A stretch of 58,618 nucleotides of DNA, taken from the NCBI GenBank assembly GCA_964630875.1, contig CAZVXF010000008.1, positions 1 through 58,618 on the forward strand, read 5' to 3'. Below are positions 9,985 through 20,494 of the stretch, one piece after another. The DNA is from an uncultured bacterium. GTDB lineage: Bacteria > Chlamydiota > Chlamydiia > Chlamydiales > SM23-39. Below the pieces are notes generated by a model. It made no database searches. It was not told the origin of the DNA and was given only the letters and a program-made list of their open reading frames with translations. Position numbers and translations under genes: made by a program. Within the stretch, counting starts at the first letter, position 1, and each line of letters begins with the position of its first letter.

Positions 9985-10068
9985 AAGTGCACAAAAATCA
10001 TTTTATTCTTTGATGAAAAACATTTAAGACTCTACTATGAGAGATGATTCATTTTTGGAGTTTTTGGT

Positions 10069-11259
10069 ATGATCCGTTCTGCATTTGTCCTTACTTGCAT
10101 TTTTTCAAATTGCTTTGCTGCGATGCCACAGAATAAAAATCCTGTTCCTCAACAGCAAACCGTAAAAGCATTTAAACCATTCACGGGAAGAGTGACAGCA
10201 AATAAAGTGCGGATGAGAGCAAAAGCTGATTTAGATAGTCATATTGTTCGACAATTCTCAAAAAATGAACTGCTTCTTGTTGTCGGTGAAGAGGGAGAAT
10301 TTTTTGCTGTAGAACCTCCGAAAGACACAAAGGCCTATGTTTTTAGAAGCTATATTCTCGATGATGTCGTCGAAGCAAATAAAGTAAACGTTCGCCTAGA
10401 GCCAAACCCAGAAGCTCCGGTGATCGGTCAATTAGAAGCTGGAATGAAAGTTCAATCCCAAATTTGCGCAAATAACCATAAGTGGCTTGAAATTCCAATG
10501 CCTGTGAACTCAAAGTTTTATGTGTCAAAAGAGTTTGTTGTGCAAGCAGGTGGCCCTGAATACTTGGGTACAATGGAAAAAAGAAAAACGCAAGTCGAGG
10601 AACTATACAATTCTGCACGCTCTTTAGCTTTAGCTGAAGAACAAAAAAGCTATGAGGAAATGTCCATATTTACCGCTTCCGATCAATTTCAAACGATCAT
10701 TCGCGGCTACACAGATTTCCCCGATATGCTTACAGCTGCAAAAGAGGCTCTCGCACATTTAAAAGAAGTCTATCTCAATAAAAAAATCGCCTATCTCGAA
10801 GAAAAAGCTGAACTATCCCCAACAGCCAAAGAAGAGCTGATTGCAAAACACAATGAAGAAACAAAAGAATATTTTGCTACAGAACAAGCGCATCCAAGTT
10901 TTTGGTCTAAGAAAAAGCCAAGAAATCAAATGACTGACGCGAAACTTTGGGATACTCTTGAAGAAGCCCTCTATTTGAGCTGGACATCCTTCCACACTGG
11001 CAAAAAAATGGATGACTTTTATGCTGAACAAAAAGCAAACAGCACCGTTTTAACAGGAAAACTTGAACCCTATACAAATCCAGTGAAAGACAAACCTGGT
11101 AATTACATTCTTAAAGGATCTACAGGCCCGATCGCATATGTATATAGTACACAGGTAGATCTAGAAAAGTATGCAGATAAAGAAGTGACAATCGTAGCAA
11201 GCCCACGACCTAATAACCACTTCGCATTCCCAGCATACTTCGTTATGGATGTTGAATAA
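10069..11259 (+). CDS. Exported SH3b-domain protein (CT017/Ctad1-like)
   Basis: Signal peptide, two SH3b-like repeats (VRMRAKADLDS, VNVRLEPNPEA) and C-terminal PRPNNHFAFPAYFV. Confidence 0.8.
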   Translation: MIRSAFVLTCIFSNCFAAMPQNKNPVPQQQTVKAFKPFTGRVTANKVRMRAKADLDSHIVRQFSKNELLLVVGEEGEFFAVEPPKDTKAYVFRSYILDDVVEANKVNVRLEPNPEAPVIGQLEAGMKVQSQICANNHKWLEIPMPVNSKFYVSKEFVVQAGGPEYLGTMEKRKTQVEELYNSARSLALAEEQKSYEEMSIFTASDQFQTIIRGYTDFPDMLTAAKEALAHLKEVYLNKKIAYLEEKAELSPTAKEELIAKHNEETKEYFATEQAHPSFWSKKKPRNQMTDAKLWDTLEEALYLSWTSFHTGKKMDDFYAEQKANSTVLTGKLEPYTNPVKDKPGNYILKGSTGPIAYVYSTQVDLEKYADKEVTIVASPRPNNHFAFPAYFVMDVE

Positions 11260-11271
11260 AGAGGGAAAAAA

Positions 11272-12369
11272 TTAACGATCTTCGAGAACTTTGGCTAACT
11301 TTTCGATTGCTATCGGCTCGCTGATTTCGGCTTGAATTGACCCAGTTTCTTTCAATTTTCGAGCCGTGACCATCACTCTTGATTCCATGGATGAGATGCT
11401 TTGATTGAATGCATCGACTGCGGTATTTAGATTCTTTCCCACTTTATTCCAATGCTCACAAACAGTTCCTAAACGCTCGTATAGTTCTTGACCTAAACGG
11501 GCAATTTCTTTTGCATTTTTGGATAGGCCATCTTGCTTCCACGTGAAGGCTATAGCTCGCAAGATCGCAATTAAAGTTGTAGGTGTTGCGACGATAATAT
11601 TTTGATCGGCTCCTAATTCAATCAGAGTTGGATCTGATTGGAGAGCTGCACTGTAAAATGCTTCGGCAGGCAAGAAAAGAATGACATATTCTGGTGCTAA
11701 GTCAAGCTGTTTCCAGTATTCTTTAGCTGAAAGTTCTTTGATGTGTTTACGTATGGATTGCGCATGATCGAGGAGCTTCTTTTTTCTGAGATTGTCATCC
11801 CCTGCATCGCTTGCGTCGAGATAAGCATGGAGAGGCGTTTTCGCATCCACTGCAATGTAACGCTGCGTCGGTAATCGAATAATGAGGTCTGGTCGCCAAA
11901 TTTTACCGTCAGATTCGAAGCTTTTTTGCTCGTAAAAGTCGCAGTGATTTAATAGACCTGCGATTTCGACGACTCGTCTGAGATGGATTTCTCCCCAGGA
12001 GCCTCTGATTTGTGGGGTGCGAAGAGCATTGACAAGTTGCGCGGTCTCTTTTCTCAGCTCAATTTCTGCGTTAACCATCCCCTCAACTTGCTTGGTGAGT
12101 GCAGCATAGGCACCGATTCTTTGTTTTTCGAGCTCTCTTTGTTGCAAATCGAGAGATTTTAAAGACTCTTGAAATGGTTTTAATGTCTCGTCTACCGCCT
12201 TTTGTCGGGATTCGGCACTTTCCTGAAAGAAGCGACTATTTTTCTCAAAGATCTCAAAAGTGAGAGATTTAAAGGTATTTTCAAGAGATTTTTGAGTGTC
12301 TGATGCTTTCTTGTGAAAAAGCAAACACAGCAAAAGAGTACATGCAATCAGAATCAGTATGGAAATCAA
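11272..12369 (-). CDS. rmuC: DNA recombination protein RmuC
   Basis: RGSWGEIHL, RPDLIIRLP, VDAKTP, FLPAE and TPTTLIAIL. Confidence 0.95.
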   Translation of the reverse strand: MISILILIACTLLLCLLFHKKASDTQKSLENTFKSLTFEIFEKNSRFFQESAESRQKAVDETLKPFQESLKSLDLQQRELEKQRIGAYAALTKQVEGMVNAEIELRKETAQLVNALRTPQIRGSWGEIHLRRVVEIAGLLNHCDFYEQKSFESDGKIWRPDLIIRLPTQRYIAVDAKTPLHAYLDASDAGDDNLRKKKLLDHAQSIRKHIKELSAKEYWKQLDLAPEYVILFLPAEAFYSAALQSDPTLIELGADQNIIVATPTTLIAILRAIAFTWKQDGLSKNAKEIARLGQELYERLGTVCEHWNKVGKNLNTAVDAFNQSISSMESRVMVTARKLKETGSIQAEISEPIAIEKLAKVLEDR

Positions 12370-13202
12370 TGTTCCTCTTCATCATCAGGTTCAAATTCTT
12401 CTAAAGTTTTTGATTTCTTTCCTGCGATCAATCGGATCAGCGATAAAATCAGAGAGACTGCAATATAGACCCATGCAACGAAAGCGAGAATCAATGAGAA
12501 GAAATATAAAATGCCATAAATGACGAAAACAGCACTGACGACTGCTAAAAAAGCCAAATGAAATGATGGGATTCGAAAGCGAAGCATCTTGAGACTCGGA
12601 AATTTCAAACGGCACACCATTAAATATCCGAGTAAAATCATCACGAAAGTGAGCATGATCGCTCTTGCAGAAGTAGACATTGGAATCCATTCTGTCACAA
12701 GCGGAGTCAGAAAAAATAAGTTTGCTGAAGTGGCTGCGATCGCAGCAGCGGGGATTGGGAGACCTGTGAAATGCTTTTTTTGCGCTTTTTGTAGCTCTTC
12801 GTTGCCTTTTGCTTCTTTTGCTTTTACACTAAAGCGGACGAGTCGAAGGACTCCGCAAAGCGAAAAGACCATCGCGCCAGTAGCAGCAAAGAAAGAGAGA
12901 AATGTCCCTTGCGTCATCGACAGCGTTTTTAAAAGAAGAACGCTGGGAGCAACTCCAAAGCAGATCGAGTCAGACAGTGAATCAAAGACAAATCCAAACT
13001 CACTTTCTCCGTGTAATGCGCGCGCTAAAGCTCCATCGATAAAATCTGCGAGTGCTGCGACGAGAAGAAGAAAAGTAGACATTTGAACCACTTCGTAGGC
13101 GCCGCTACCGGGTTCAACCATGTTCATTTTAAAAATAACGAAAAGACCACAGGCAAGTCCAAAGGCCGTGATCATATTCGGAAAAAGTGTTGCGCGTTTC
13201 AT
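12366..13202 (-). CDS. pssA: CDP-diacylglycerol-serine O-phosphatidyltransferase
   Basis: CDP-alcohol motif DFIDGALARALHGESEFGFVFDSLSD and FTGLPIP; GGAG before ATG 13202. Confidence 0.92.
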   Translation of the reverse strand: MKRATLFPNMITAFGLACGLFVIFKMNMVEPGSGAYEVVQMSTFLLLVAALADFIDGALARALHGESEFGFVFDSLSDSICFGVAPSVLLLKTLSMTQGTFLSFFAATGAMVFSLCGVLRLVRFSVKAKEAKGNEELQKAQKKHFTGLPIPAAAIAATSANLFFLTPLVTEWIPMSTSARAIMLTFVMILLGYLMVCRLKFPSLKMLRFRIPSFHLAFLAVVSAVFVIYGILYFFSLILAFVAWVYIAVSLILSLIRLIAGKKSKTLEEFEPDDEEEH

Positions 13203-13229
13203 TGTCTCCGATTGTAACCTAAATAGCAA

Positions 13230-13263
13230 AAAAGAAGCAGAAAATTTCTTTTCTGCCTCTTTT
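13230..13263. terminator. Probable intrinsic terminator
   Basis: AAAAGAAGCAGAAAA-tttc-TTTTCTGCCTCTTTT. Confidence 0.6.
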
Positions 13264-13274
13264 GTTCTGTGGCA

Positions 13275-13320
13275 CTATACCCAAACAAGCTTAAAAACCG
13301 ATTGTTGAGTTTGTTTGAGT
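13275..13320. repeat. TATACCCAAACAAGC-type palindromic repeat remnant
   Basis: 13275-13297 is the exact reverse complement of 46852-46874; degenerate inverted copy at 13305-13320. Confidence 0.7.
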
Positions 13321-13719
13321 TTACTTACTTGAACGTGAAGTATGGATGTAATATTGGAATGCTGTGCCGCTCATAATTCCCATGAAGCAGAAATAAATAA
13401 ATGGGAAAAATAAAGCAATTGCAATCTTAATCACCTCCGTACCAATCACAGCGGGTCGACTACGTCCTTTCGAAAAAGAGTAAATTTTTGTCACGATTGC
13501 ATCCATTTGCACTGGAGCAAAAAGTCCTGCAATACCACCGATGGCTAAAAACAGAATTGACCACCCCATTGTACCGATAAAGAAATGCATCCAACCGGAA
13601 AAAGTAGCCATTAAAATAGCCAGCACCGTTAAAGTCTCTACGAGATGTTTGTAGGTATATTTTTCTACTTCAGCCATCCCTTCTTTCATCTTATTGTTTA
13701 GTTCTTTCTTTCTCATCAT
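13321..13719 (-). CDS. Hypothetical membrane protein
   Basis: Several hydrophobic segments; AGGGGA before ATG 13719. Confidence 0.75.
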   Translation of the reverse strand: MMRKKELNNKMKEGMAEVEKYTYKHLVETLTVLAILMATFSGWMHFFIGTMGWSILFLAIGGIAGLFAPVQMDAIVTKIYSFSKGRSRPAVIGTEVIKIAIALFFPFIYFCFMGIMSGTAFQYYIHTSRSSK

Positions 13720-13838
13720 ATCCCCTAAATTTGCCACAACTCTATAAACATTATTTAACAAAATCATAATTAAATATTCAACTATTATCTTTAATTAGTT
13801 GATTTGTAATTAGTTAATTTGATATAATTACATCTATT

Positions 13839-14132
13839 ATGGAAATAGACAATAACAAAGTTATCAAAGGCGCGATAGGAGGCCTCCTCACCGGAGCTAC
13901 AGCAGGCGCACTATTTTATGGATATGGCACGTACATGATGATGCTTGGTATCAGCGCGTTACCTTCAAGACTTGTTAACTGGAAAGAAGAAAAAATGGTC
14001 AAGTTTGCCAAAGAGGGTGGTATTGCAGGGGTAAAAAGTGGAGCCCTAACTGGCGCAATGATCGGCATTCCAGTTGGAATTGTCGCATCCCTAACCATTC
14101 AAATAACATCGTCATTTTTCCAAAAAAAATAA
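13839..14132 (+). CDS. Hypothetical Gly-rich membrane protein
   Basis: Two glycine-zipper-like hydrophobic segments; TGATATAAT upstream. Confidence 0.6.
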   Translation: MEIDNNKVIKGAIGGLLTGATAGALFYGYGTYMMMLGISALPSRLVNWKEEKMVKFAKEGGIAGVKSGALTGAMIGIPVGIVASLTIQITSSFFQKK

Positions 14133-14294
14133 CAGCCCTCTTGCGCAACAAAAGTTCGACAGAATTTTATTTCATCGTGGTCAACAAATCCTAAATCGTG
14201 TATATTCTGCGTCACTGAATTCTTTCGGTATACAAATATTTATTTAAATGGTATACCGACCGCGAGACCCAAAAATTAGGTAACAGTCAAGCCC

Positions 14295-14762
14295 ATGAAT
14301 ATTAAAAGTGAAAGACTTAAAAAACTTGAAACAGAGCTCGAAGACCTTGAGCAGTGGATGAGCCTCGGCCTTGTTCCAAAAAAAGATATTGATAAGCATA
14401 AGGAAGAAATTCGCTCTTTGAATGCAAAAATCGAAGAGGAAAAAGAGAGACTTCGCTTCATGAAAGAAAGTGGCGAATTGGAAGAATATGTCACGCCTAA
14501 AAAATCTCAGGCGCGACAAGCCTATGCTGAACCGAATACCCTCCCAGATATGGATCTCGGCGATAATATGACTGACGCCGGACTTGATATGGAAACAGAA
14601 ACCTATGAAATAGAAACTGTGACTGAAGAAGACACTGAAAGCGGCGCAACATCTGCCGAAGATGAAGGCTCGGTATTAGAAGAAGAGGATGAAGATCCTT
14701 TCTCTGATCGAAATCGCTGGAAGCGGGGTATTCTAGAAGATCCGGACGCTGATAATTGGTAG
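14295..14762 (+). CDS. Conserved chlamydial protein (CT053-like)
   Basis: KSERLKKLE..WMSLGLVPKK and EDPFSDRNRW..DPDADNW; upstream of hemW as in Chlamydia. Confidence 0.85.
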   Translation: MNIKSERLKKLETELEDLEQWMSLGLVPKKDIDKHKEEIRSLNAKIEEEKERLRFMKESGELEEYVTPKKSQARQAYAEPNTLPDMDLGDNMTDAGLDMETETYEIETVTEEDTESGATSAEDEGSVLEEEDEDPFSDRNRWKRGILEDPDADNW

Positions 14763-14771
14763 TCCTTAGTT

Positions 14772-14935
14772 GATATCGAAACGTCTTGAAAAATCGAAAA
14801 ATTGGACAGGAAGCTCCTCCAAATTGTTATTCAAGCAAGTGACGATTGCGATCACGCAAGGCGCAAGTGAGAATACAAAATAATGAAGGAAAGCCGACAC
14901 AGTCAAGAATCGATGACTCAGGACGTTTCGATTTA
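14772..14935 (+). mobile_element. ERIC-like palindromic MITE, copy 1, at the hemW 5' end
   Basis: ATCGAAACGTCTTGA...TCAGGACGTTTCGAT ends; aligns along its length with the reverse complement of 55811-55974. Confidence 0.8.
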
Positions 14936-15998
14936 CTTTCATATTCCGTTTTGTACGAAAAAGTGTCCATACTGTCATTTTTACGTTATTCCAAATCAAA
15001 AATCATTTCATGAAATTTTGGATGTTGGCCTCTCCCTTGAATGGGAAAGACAACTCCCCCTTCTTTTAAATAAAAGGATTGTCTCCATTTATTTTGGTGG
15101 AGGCACGCCTACTTTATTTGTCGATGGGATTCAAAAAATTTTAGAAAAAATTGCGCAACAATTTACTTTGGATTGCGAAATTACGGTCGAAGCAAACCCA
15201 GAAGATGCATCCTTTGAGCTCTTTGAAAAATTAAAAGCATGCAAGGTCAATCGGATCAGTTTGGGAGTGCAATCTTTAGATGACCGTTCCTTGCAAACTC
15301 TGGAAAGGATTCATAGCGCAAAAAAAGCAGAAGAAGCAATCTTACTCGCAGCTCAAGCTGGATTTGTGAATATCAGCATCGATTTAATGTACGATCTTCC
15401 CGATCAAACAGAAGCAAGTTGGATGTATAGTCTTTCAAAATTAGAGAGTTTACCGATCCAACACCTTTCTTTATACAATTTGACAATTGAGCCACATACC
15501 GCTTTTTATAAACGACGAAACTCACTGACTTTTCCAACTGGAGAAACAAGTCTGCGATTTCTAACTAGAGCTGTAGAACAGCTGGAATCTCTTGGATTGA
15601 AGCGCTATGAAATTTCTGCTTTCGGCAGGCCCTCTGTTCACAATGTAGGCTATTGGACAGGACGTCCATTCTTGGGTTTTGGGCCATCGGCTTTCAGTTT
15701 TTGGAATGGCGAAAGATTTCGCAATTGCGCAAATTTACAGCGCTATACGCGCGCTTTAAAAGAGGGAAAATCACCTGTTGATTTTCGTGAAAAATTACAG
15801 GAAGAACAAAGGATCAGAGAAAAAATCGCAATTCAATTAAGACTCCTCGATGGAATTGATGCAAATCTGCCGACTCATGTTCTTGAAACATTAGAAGTCC
15901 TTGTGAATCAAAACTTGCTGATGAAAAAAAATGGGCGCATTTTTCTAACAGATCTAGGGCTTTTATTTCACGATACGGTCGCATCTCAAATCGTTTGA
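14883..15998 (+). CDS. hemW: Radical SAM heme chaperone HemW (HemN-like); start 14883 or 14913
   Basis: YFHIPFCTKKCPYCHF, YFGGGTPT, YEISAF and HNVGYW. Confidence 0.92.
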   Translation: MKESRHSQESMTQDVSIYFHIPFCTKKCPYCHFYVIPNQKSFHEILDVGLSLEWERQLPLLLNKRIVSIYFGGGTPTLFVDGIQKILEKIAQQFTLDCEITVEANPEDASFELFEKLKACKVNRISLGVQSLDDRSLQTLERIHSAKKAEEAILLAAQAGFVNISIDLMYDLPDQTEASWMYSLSKLESLPIQHLSLYNLTIEPHTAFYKRRNSLTFPTGETSLRFLTRAVEQLESLGLKRYEISAFGRPSVHNVGYWTGRPFLGFGPSAFSFWNGERFRNCANLQRYTRALKEGKSPVDFREKLQEEQRIREKIAIQLRLLDGIDANLPTHVLETLEVLVNQNLLMKKNGRIFLTDLGLLFHDTVASQIV

Positions 15999-16069
15999 AT
16001 TTTATTATCTTGCAAGTTAGAATTTCGAACACTCCCTGTTATTTTTTTTGCTAGACGTTAAACCGACAA

Positions 16070-16153
16070 CTACAATATACAGTGCATTGAAGGCGTTGAC
16101 CTCTACTACCTGTTGTAGTGGAAAGCAAAAGCACGGATCCCAATATTTAGAGG
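16070..16153 (+). promoter_or_regulatory. Three NrdR boxes
   Basis: ctaCAATATACAGtgc (16070-85), ctaCTACCTGTTGtag (16103-18) and tccCAATATTTAGagg (16138-53) versus consensus acaCwAtATaTwGtgt, directly upstream of nrdA. Confidence 0.75.
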
Positions 16154-16156
16154 TAT

Positions 16157-19100
16157 ATGATGAAAAAAACTGGCGATACGACGACATCTTTTCTTGAAGA
16201 GATCACTCTCAAAGTTGGGAGCAAAAAAAAGGAACCAACATCCAAAGAAACCAACTACACAGTAGTCAAAAGAAATGGAACTCTCGTTCCGTTTCGTCGA
16301 GAAAGAATTATGACTGCTTTGGAAGCTGCTTTCCGAGATACAAAAAAAATTCCTCATCCTACACCGATTGATTCAGAGTTAACGAAAACAATTGAGAACA
16401 TTGCCAATTTAGTCGTAAAACAAGTGCTTAGCCTTGCCTCTAAGGGAGCCTCTTTGACTGTGGAGGGAATCCAAGACGTTGTCGAAGTGACTTTGATGAA
16501 AAACTCCCATCACGATGTCGCTCGCGATTACATCATTTATCGGGACAATCGAAAAGCAACAAGAGAAAATTCTGTCCTCCATTTAAAGATTTATCGTCGC
16601 GATAAAACAACTCCAGCGCGCTTTAATCCAATGAAAATTGCCTCTTCTATTGAAAGAGCATTCAGAGAAGCGAGAAAAATCGAAGAACAAATTCCAGAAG
16701 ACGCTGTCACCATCATCAACGATCTAACGCAAAAAATCGTGCGTGAAATGATCGACTTATCCGCAAAAGGCGATACTCTTTATATCGATATGATCGAAGA
16801 TCGGATTGAGCGTGAGTTAATGAGCGAAAAAATCTTTGATGTCGCAAAATTTTATATTCTTTATCGCGCAGAAAAAACAAAAGACTCCCCTCTTCAAAAT
16901 CTACCTAGCGTTGATGAAACGGGAACAATTCGTCAGTTTGAAATCATCAGTGCAGATCAAACAAGACTCAAGATTAACGAAACGATGCTCCGCACAAAGC
17001 TCAAATTTGCATGTCGCGGGCTTGAAAAACTCGTTTCTCACGAAGAGCTTTTAGAAACTGCGATCATGCAATATTACACAGGCATGAAAGAGCATGAAAT
17101 CGATTTAGCCAATATTTTCGCAGCAAAATCTAAGATCGAAAAAGAGCCAGCTTATGCACAAGTTGCTTCTCGCCTTCTGTTAGACACCATCTATCGAGAA
17201 ACAATGGGCTTATCAGCATCAGACAGAACATTGCAAAAAACCCATCGTCAATATTTTAAGAAAACGATTAAAGATGCGATTTCTCATAAACGCCTCTCCC
17301 CTAAACTCTTAGATTTTGATCTCGATGAATTAGGCAAAGCAATGGATTTAGAAAGAGATGATCAGTTTTCCTATCTAGGGCTTCAAACTCTTTATGATCG
17401 CTACTTTATTCACCACGAACAAAAACGTCTGGAAACACCCCAAATTTTCTGGATGCGTGTCTCGATGGGACTTGCTTTAAACGAAGGTGAGCAAAAAAAT
17501 CAAAGAGCCATTGAGTTCTATAATATCCTTTCTCAATTCTATTTCACTTCGAGTACGCCCACACTATTCAATGCTGGAACAATGCATTCTCAGTTGAGCT
17601 CTTGCTATCTCTCGACTGTCATGGATGATCTGCATCATATTTTCAAAGTGATTGCAGATGACGCTCAACTCTCAAAATGGGCCGGCGGCATTGGAAATGA
17701 CTGGACAAACGTGAGAGCAACAGGGGCTCGTATCAAAGGAACAAATGGAACTTCTCAAGGCGTCATCCCTTTTCTCAAAGTTGCAAACGACACTGCAGTC
17801 GCAGTGAACCAAGGAGGAAAAAGAAAAGGCGCAATGTGCGCGTATCTTGAGACTTGGCACCTCGATATCGAAGATTTCTTAGAGCTCCGCAAAAATACTG
17901 GTGATGAGAGACGTAGAACTCCTGATATGAATACAGCCAACTGGATTCCTGATCTGTTCATGAAGCGCGTGCGTGAAAATGGAATGTGGACATTGTTTAG
18001 TCCAAACGATACTCCTGATCTGCATGACCTTTATGGGCAAGCGTTTGAAACGCGTTATACTGAATATGAAACAGCTGTAGAGCAAGGGAAAATCAAGCTC
18101 TTTAAACGCATTGAAGCGATTCAATTATGGCGCAAAATGTTGAGCATGCTCTTTGAAACAGGTCATCCTTGGATTACATTCAAAGATCCATCGAATATCC
18201 GTTCGCCGCAAGGACATGTGGGTGTTGTTCACTCATCCAATCTTTGCACAGAGATTTTGCTAAATTCATCAGCGGATGAAACAGCGGTTTGTAACTTGGG
18301 ATCCATCAATTTACCCAAGCATACAACAGAAAAAGGTCTCGATGAGAAACAGCTCGCAGCGACCATTCGATCTGCGATTCGCATGCTAGATAACGTCGTG
18401 GATATTAACTTCTATCCAACAATTGAAGCACAAAATTCCAACTTACGTCACCGTCCGATCGGCCTTGGCATTATGGGATTCCAAGATTCGCTCTATATTC
18501 AAAACATCAGTTATGCAAGCCATGAGGCGGTTGATTTTGCAGACAAGAGCCAAGAGATGATCTCCTACTATGCAATTTTGGCTTCAACAGAACTTGCACA
18601 TGAAAAAGGGACCTATGCAAGCTATCGAGGATCTGCATGGGATCGAGGACTACTGCCGATCGATACAATTGAGCTTTTAGAAGAGCAAAGAGGGGCGAAA
18701 ATTGATTTAGATCGCTCATCTACAATGGATTGGAGCGTTGTGCGCGAAGCTGTGAAAAAACATGGCATGCGCAATTCAAATACAATGGCCATCGCGCCCA
18801 CTGCGACGATTGGCAACATTATTGGCGTCATTCCATCGAATGAACCCATTTACAAACATCTGTTTGTGAAGTCCAATCTCTCTGGAGAGTTTACAATCAT
18901 CAATCCATATCTTGTAGAAAAATTAAAAACCCTTGGGTTATGGGATGATGAGATGATCGATGATCTCAAATATTTTGATGGTTCGATTCGTGAAATTGAA
19001 AGAATTCCAAAAGAGGTGAGAAATCTATTCCTGACTGCTTTTGAAATTGGGCCAGAATGGATTATTGAGTGTGGAGCACGTCGCCAAAAATGGATTGACA

Positions 19101-19375
19101 TGGGTCAATCGCTCAATCTTTATCTCGAAGAACCCAGCGGGAAAAAACTGCATCAAATGTATATGCTTGCATGGGAAAAAGGATTGAAAACAACCTATTA
19201 TCTCAGAACTTTGGGAGCTACACAAATTGAGAAATCTTCTGTTGATATTAACAAAAGAGGCTTACAACCGCGCTGGATGAAGAACAAATCCGCATCGAGC
19301 AATATTGCAGTGGATAGAACCGATGACATGCCAAAAGCTTGCACACTCGGAGAAGGCTGCGAAAGCTGCCAATAA
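16157..19375 (+). CDS. nrdA: Ribonucleotide reductase class I alpha subunit with tandem ATP cones
   Basis: VVKRNG cone, TPTLFNAG, SSCY, SNLCTEI, KTTYY and C-terminal CESC. Confidence 0.98.
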   Translation: MMKKTGDTTTSFLEEITLKVGSKKKEPTSKETNYTVVKRNGTLVPFRRERIMTALEAAFRDTKKIPHPTPIDSELTKTIENIANLVVKQVLSLASKGASLTVEGIQDVVEVTLMKNSHHDVARDYIIYRDNRKATRENSVLHLKIYRRDKTTPARFNPMKIASSIERAFREARKIEEQIPEDAVTIINDLTQKIVREMIDLSAKGDTLYIDMIEDRIERELMSEKIFDVAKFYILYRAEKTKDSPLQNLPSVDETGTIRQFEIISADQTRLKINETMLRTKLKFACRGLEKLVSHEELLETAIMQYYTGMKEHEIDLANIFAAKSKIEKEPAYAQVASRLLLDTIYRETMGLSASDRTLQKTHRQYFKKTIKDAISHKRLSPKLLDFDLDELGKAMDLERDDQFSYLGLQTLYDRYFIHHEQKRLETPQIFWMRVSMGLALNEGEQKNQRAIEFYNILSQFYFTSSTPTLFNAGTMHSQLSSCYLSTVMDDLHHIFKVIADDAQLSKWAGGIGNDWTNVRATGARIKGTNGTSQGVIPFLKVANDTAVAVNQGGKRKGAMCAYLETWHLDIEDFLELRKNTGDERRRTPDMNTANWIPDLFMKRVRENGMWTLFSPNDTPDLHDLYGQAFETRYTEYETAVEQGKIKLFKRIEAIQLWRKMLSMLFETGHPWITFKDPSNIRSPQGHVGVVHSSNLCTEILLNSSADETAVCNLGSINLPKHTTEKGLDEKQLAATIRSAIRMLDNVVDINFYPTIEAQNSNLRHRPIGLGIMGFQDSLYIQNISYASHEAVDFADKSQEMISYYAILASTELAHEKGTYASYRGSAWDRGLLPIDTIELLEEQRGAKIDLDRSSTMDWSVVREAVKKHGMRNSNTMAIAPTATIGNIIGVIPSNEPIYKHLFVKSNLSGEFTIINPYLVEKLKTLGLWDDEMIDDLKYFDGSIREIERIPKEVRNLFLTAFEIGPEWIIECGARRQKWIDMGQSLNLYLEEPSGKKLHQMYMLAWEKGLKTTYYLRTLGATQIEKSSVDINKRGLQPRWMKNKSASSNIAVDRTDDMPKACTLGEGCESCQ

Positions 19376-19405
19376 AAAAAGAACCACCGAGATTAAGAGG
19401 GAAAC

Positions 19406-20437
19406 ATGACTCAAGCAAAAGAACAACGCGTTAATATAAAAGATAAAAGACTCATTAATTGCCACGCAGTTGATGTGAACCAACTCATGCCCCTCAAATA
19501 TAAGTGGGCATGGGAACATTATTTGAATGGATGCGCAAACCACTGGATGCCCAACGAAGTATCCATGGCAAAAGACATCGAGATTTGGAAATCAGATAAA
19601 TTATCCAATGAAGAAAGACGCGTGATCATGCGCACACTTGGATTTTTCTCAACGGCTGAAAGCTTAGTCGGAAATAACATCGTACTTGCAATCTTCCGTC
19701 ATATCACAAATCCAGAAGCGCGCCAGTATCTGCTACGTCAAGCATTTGAAGAAGCGATCCATACCCACACATTCCTTTATATCGTTGAATCTCTAACGCT
19801 AGATCAAGGCGAGATATTCAATATGTACAATGAGATCCCAACGATTGCTGAAAAAGATCAATTTGAAATGGAGCTCACAGAAGCAGTCCTTCAACCAGAC
19901 TTTACTACAGCAACACCCGAGGGAGCTCAACAATTCCTCAAAAACCTGATTGGCTATTACATCATTATGGAGGGCATCTTCTTCTATAGCGGATTTGTCA
20001 TGATCCTCTCTTTCCTGCGCCAAAACAAGATGATTGGTATCGGTGAGCAATTCCAATACATTCTCCGCGATGAGACGGTCCATTTAAACTTTGGAATCGA
20101 CCTAATCAATGGAATTAAAGAAGAGAATCCTCATCTATGGACTGCTGAATTCCAAGCACACATCATTGAAAAAATTAAACAAGCAGTTGAGCTCGAAATC
20201 CGTTATGCAGAAGATTGCTTGCCAACAGGCATTCTCGGCCTTACTGCTCCGATGTTTCGAGAATATGTGCAACATATCGCTGACCGACGTCTGGAAAGAA
20301 TTGGCCTAAAAGCAATCTACCGCTCAAAGAACCCATTCCCATGGATGTCCGAAGCAATCGATCTAACAAAAGAAAAGAACTTCTTCGAAACGAGAGTCAC
20401 TGAATACCAGTCCTCTTCAAACCTCGTTTGGACCTAA
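19406..20437 (+). CDS. nrdB: Ribonucleotide reductase beta subunit, class Ic (Mn/Fe)
   Basis: FFSTAES (Glu ligand), EEAIHTHTF (Phe at the radical Tyr position), EGIFFYSGF and RDETVH. Confidence 0.96.
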   Translation: MTQAKEQRVNIKDKRLINCHAVDVNQLMPLKYKWAWEHYLNGCANHWMPNEVSMAKDIEIWKSDKLSNEERRVIMRTLGFFSTAESLVGNNIVLAIFRHITNPEARQYLLRQAFEEAIHTHTFLYIVESLTLDQGEIFNMYNEIPTIAEKDQFEMELTEAVLQPDFTTATPEGAQQFLKNLIGYYIIMEGIFFYSGFVMILSFLRQNKMIGIGEQFQYILRDETVHLNFGIDLINGIKEENPHLWTAEFQAHIIEKIKQAVELEIRYAEDCLPTGILGLTAPMFREYVQHIADRRLERIGLKAIYRSKNPFPWMSEAIDLTKEKNFFETRVTEYQSSSNLVWT

Positions 20438-20449
20438 TCGAGTATGCTT

Positions 20450-20469
20450 AGGGGGGATTTCCCCCCCCT
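20450..20469. terminator. Probable terminator hairpin
   Basis: G-run / C-run hairpin (GGGGGG-attt-CCCCCCCC) between convergent genes. Confidence 0.55.
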
Positions 20470-20494
20470 GGGTCTAATCCCGTAATATCTTTAA

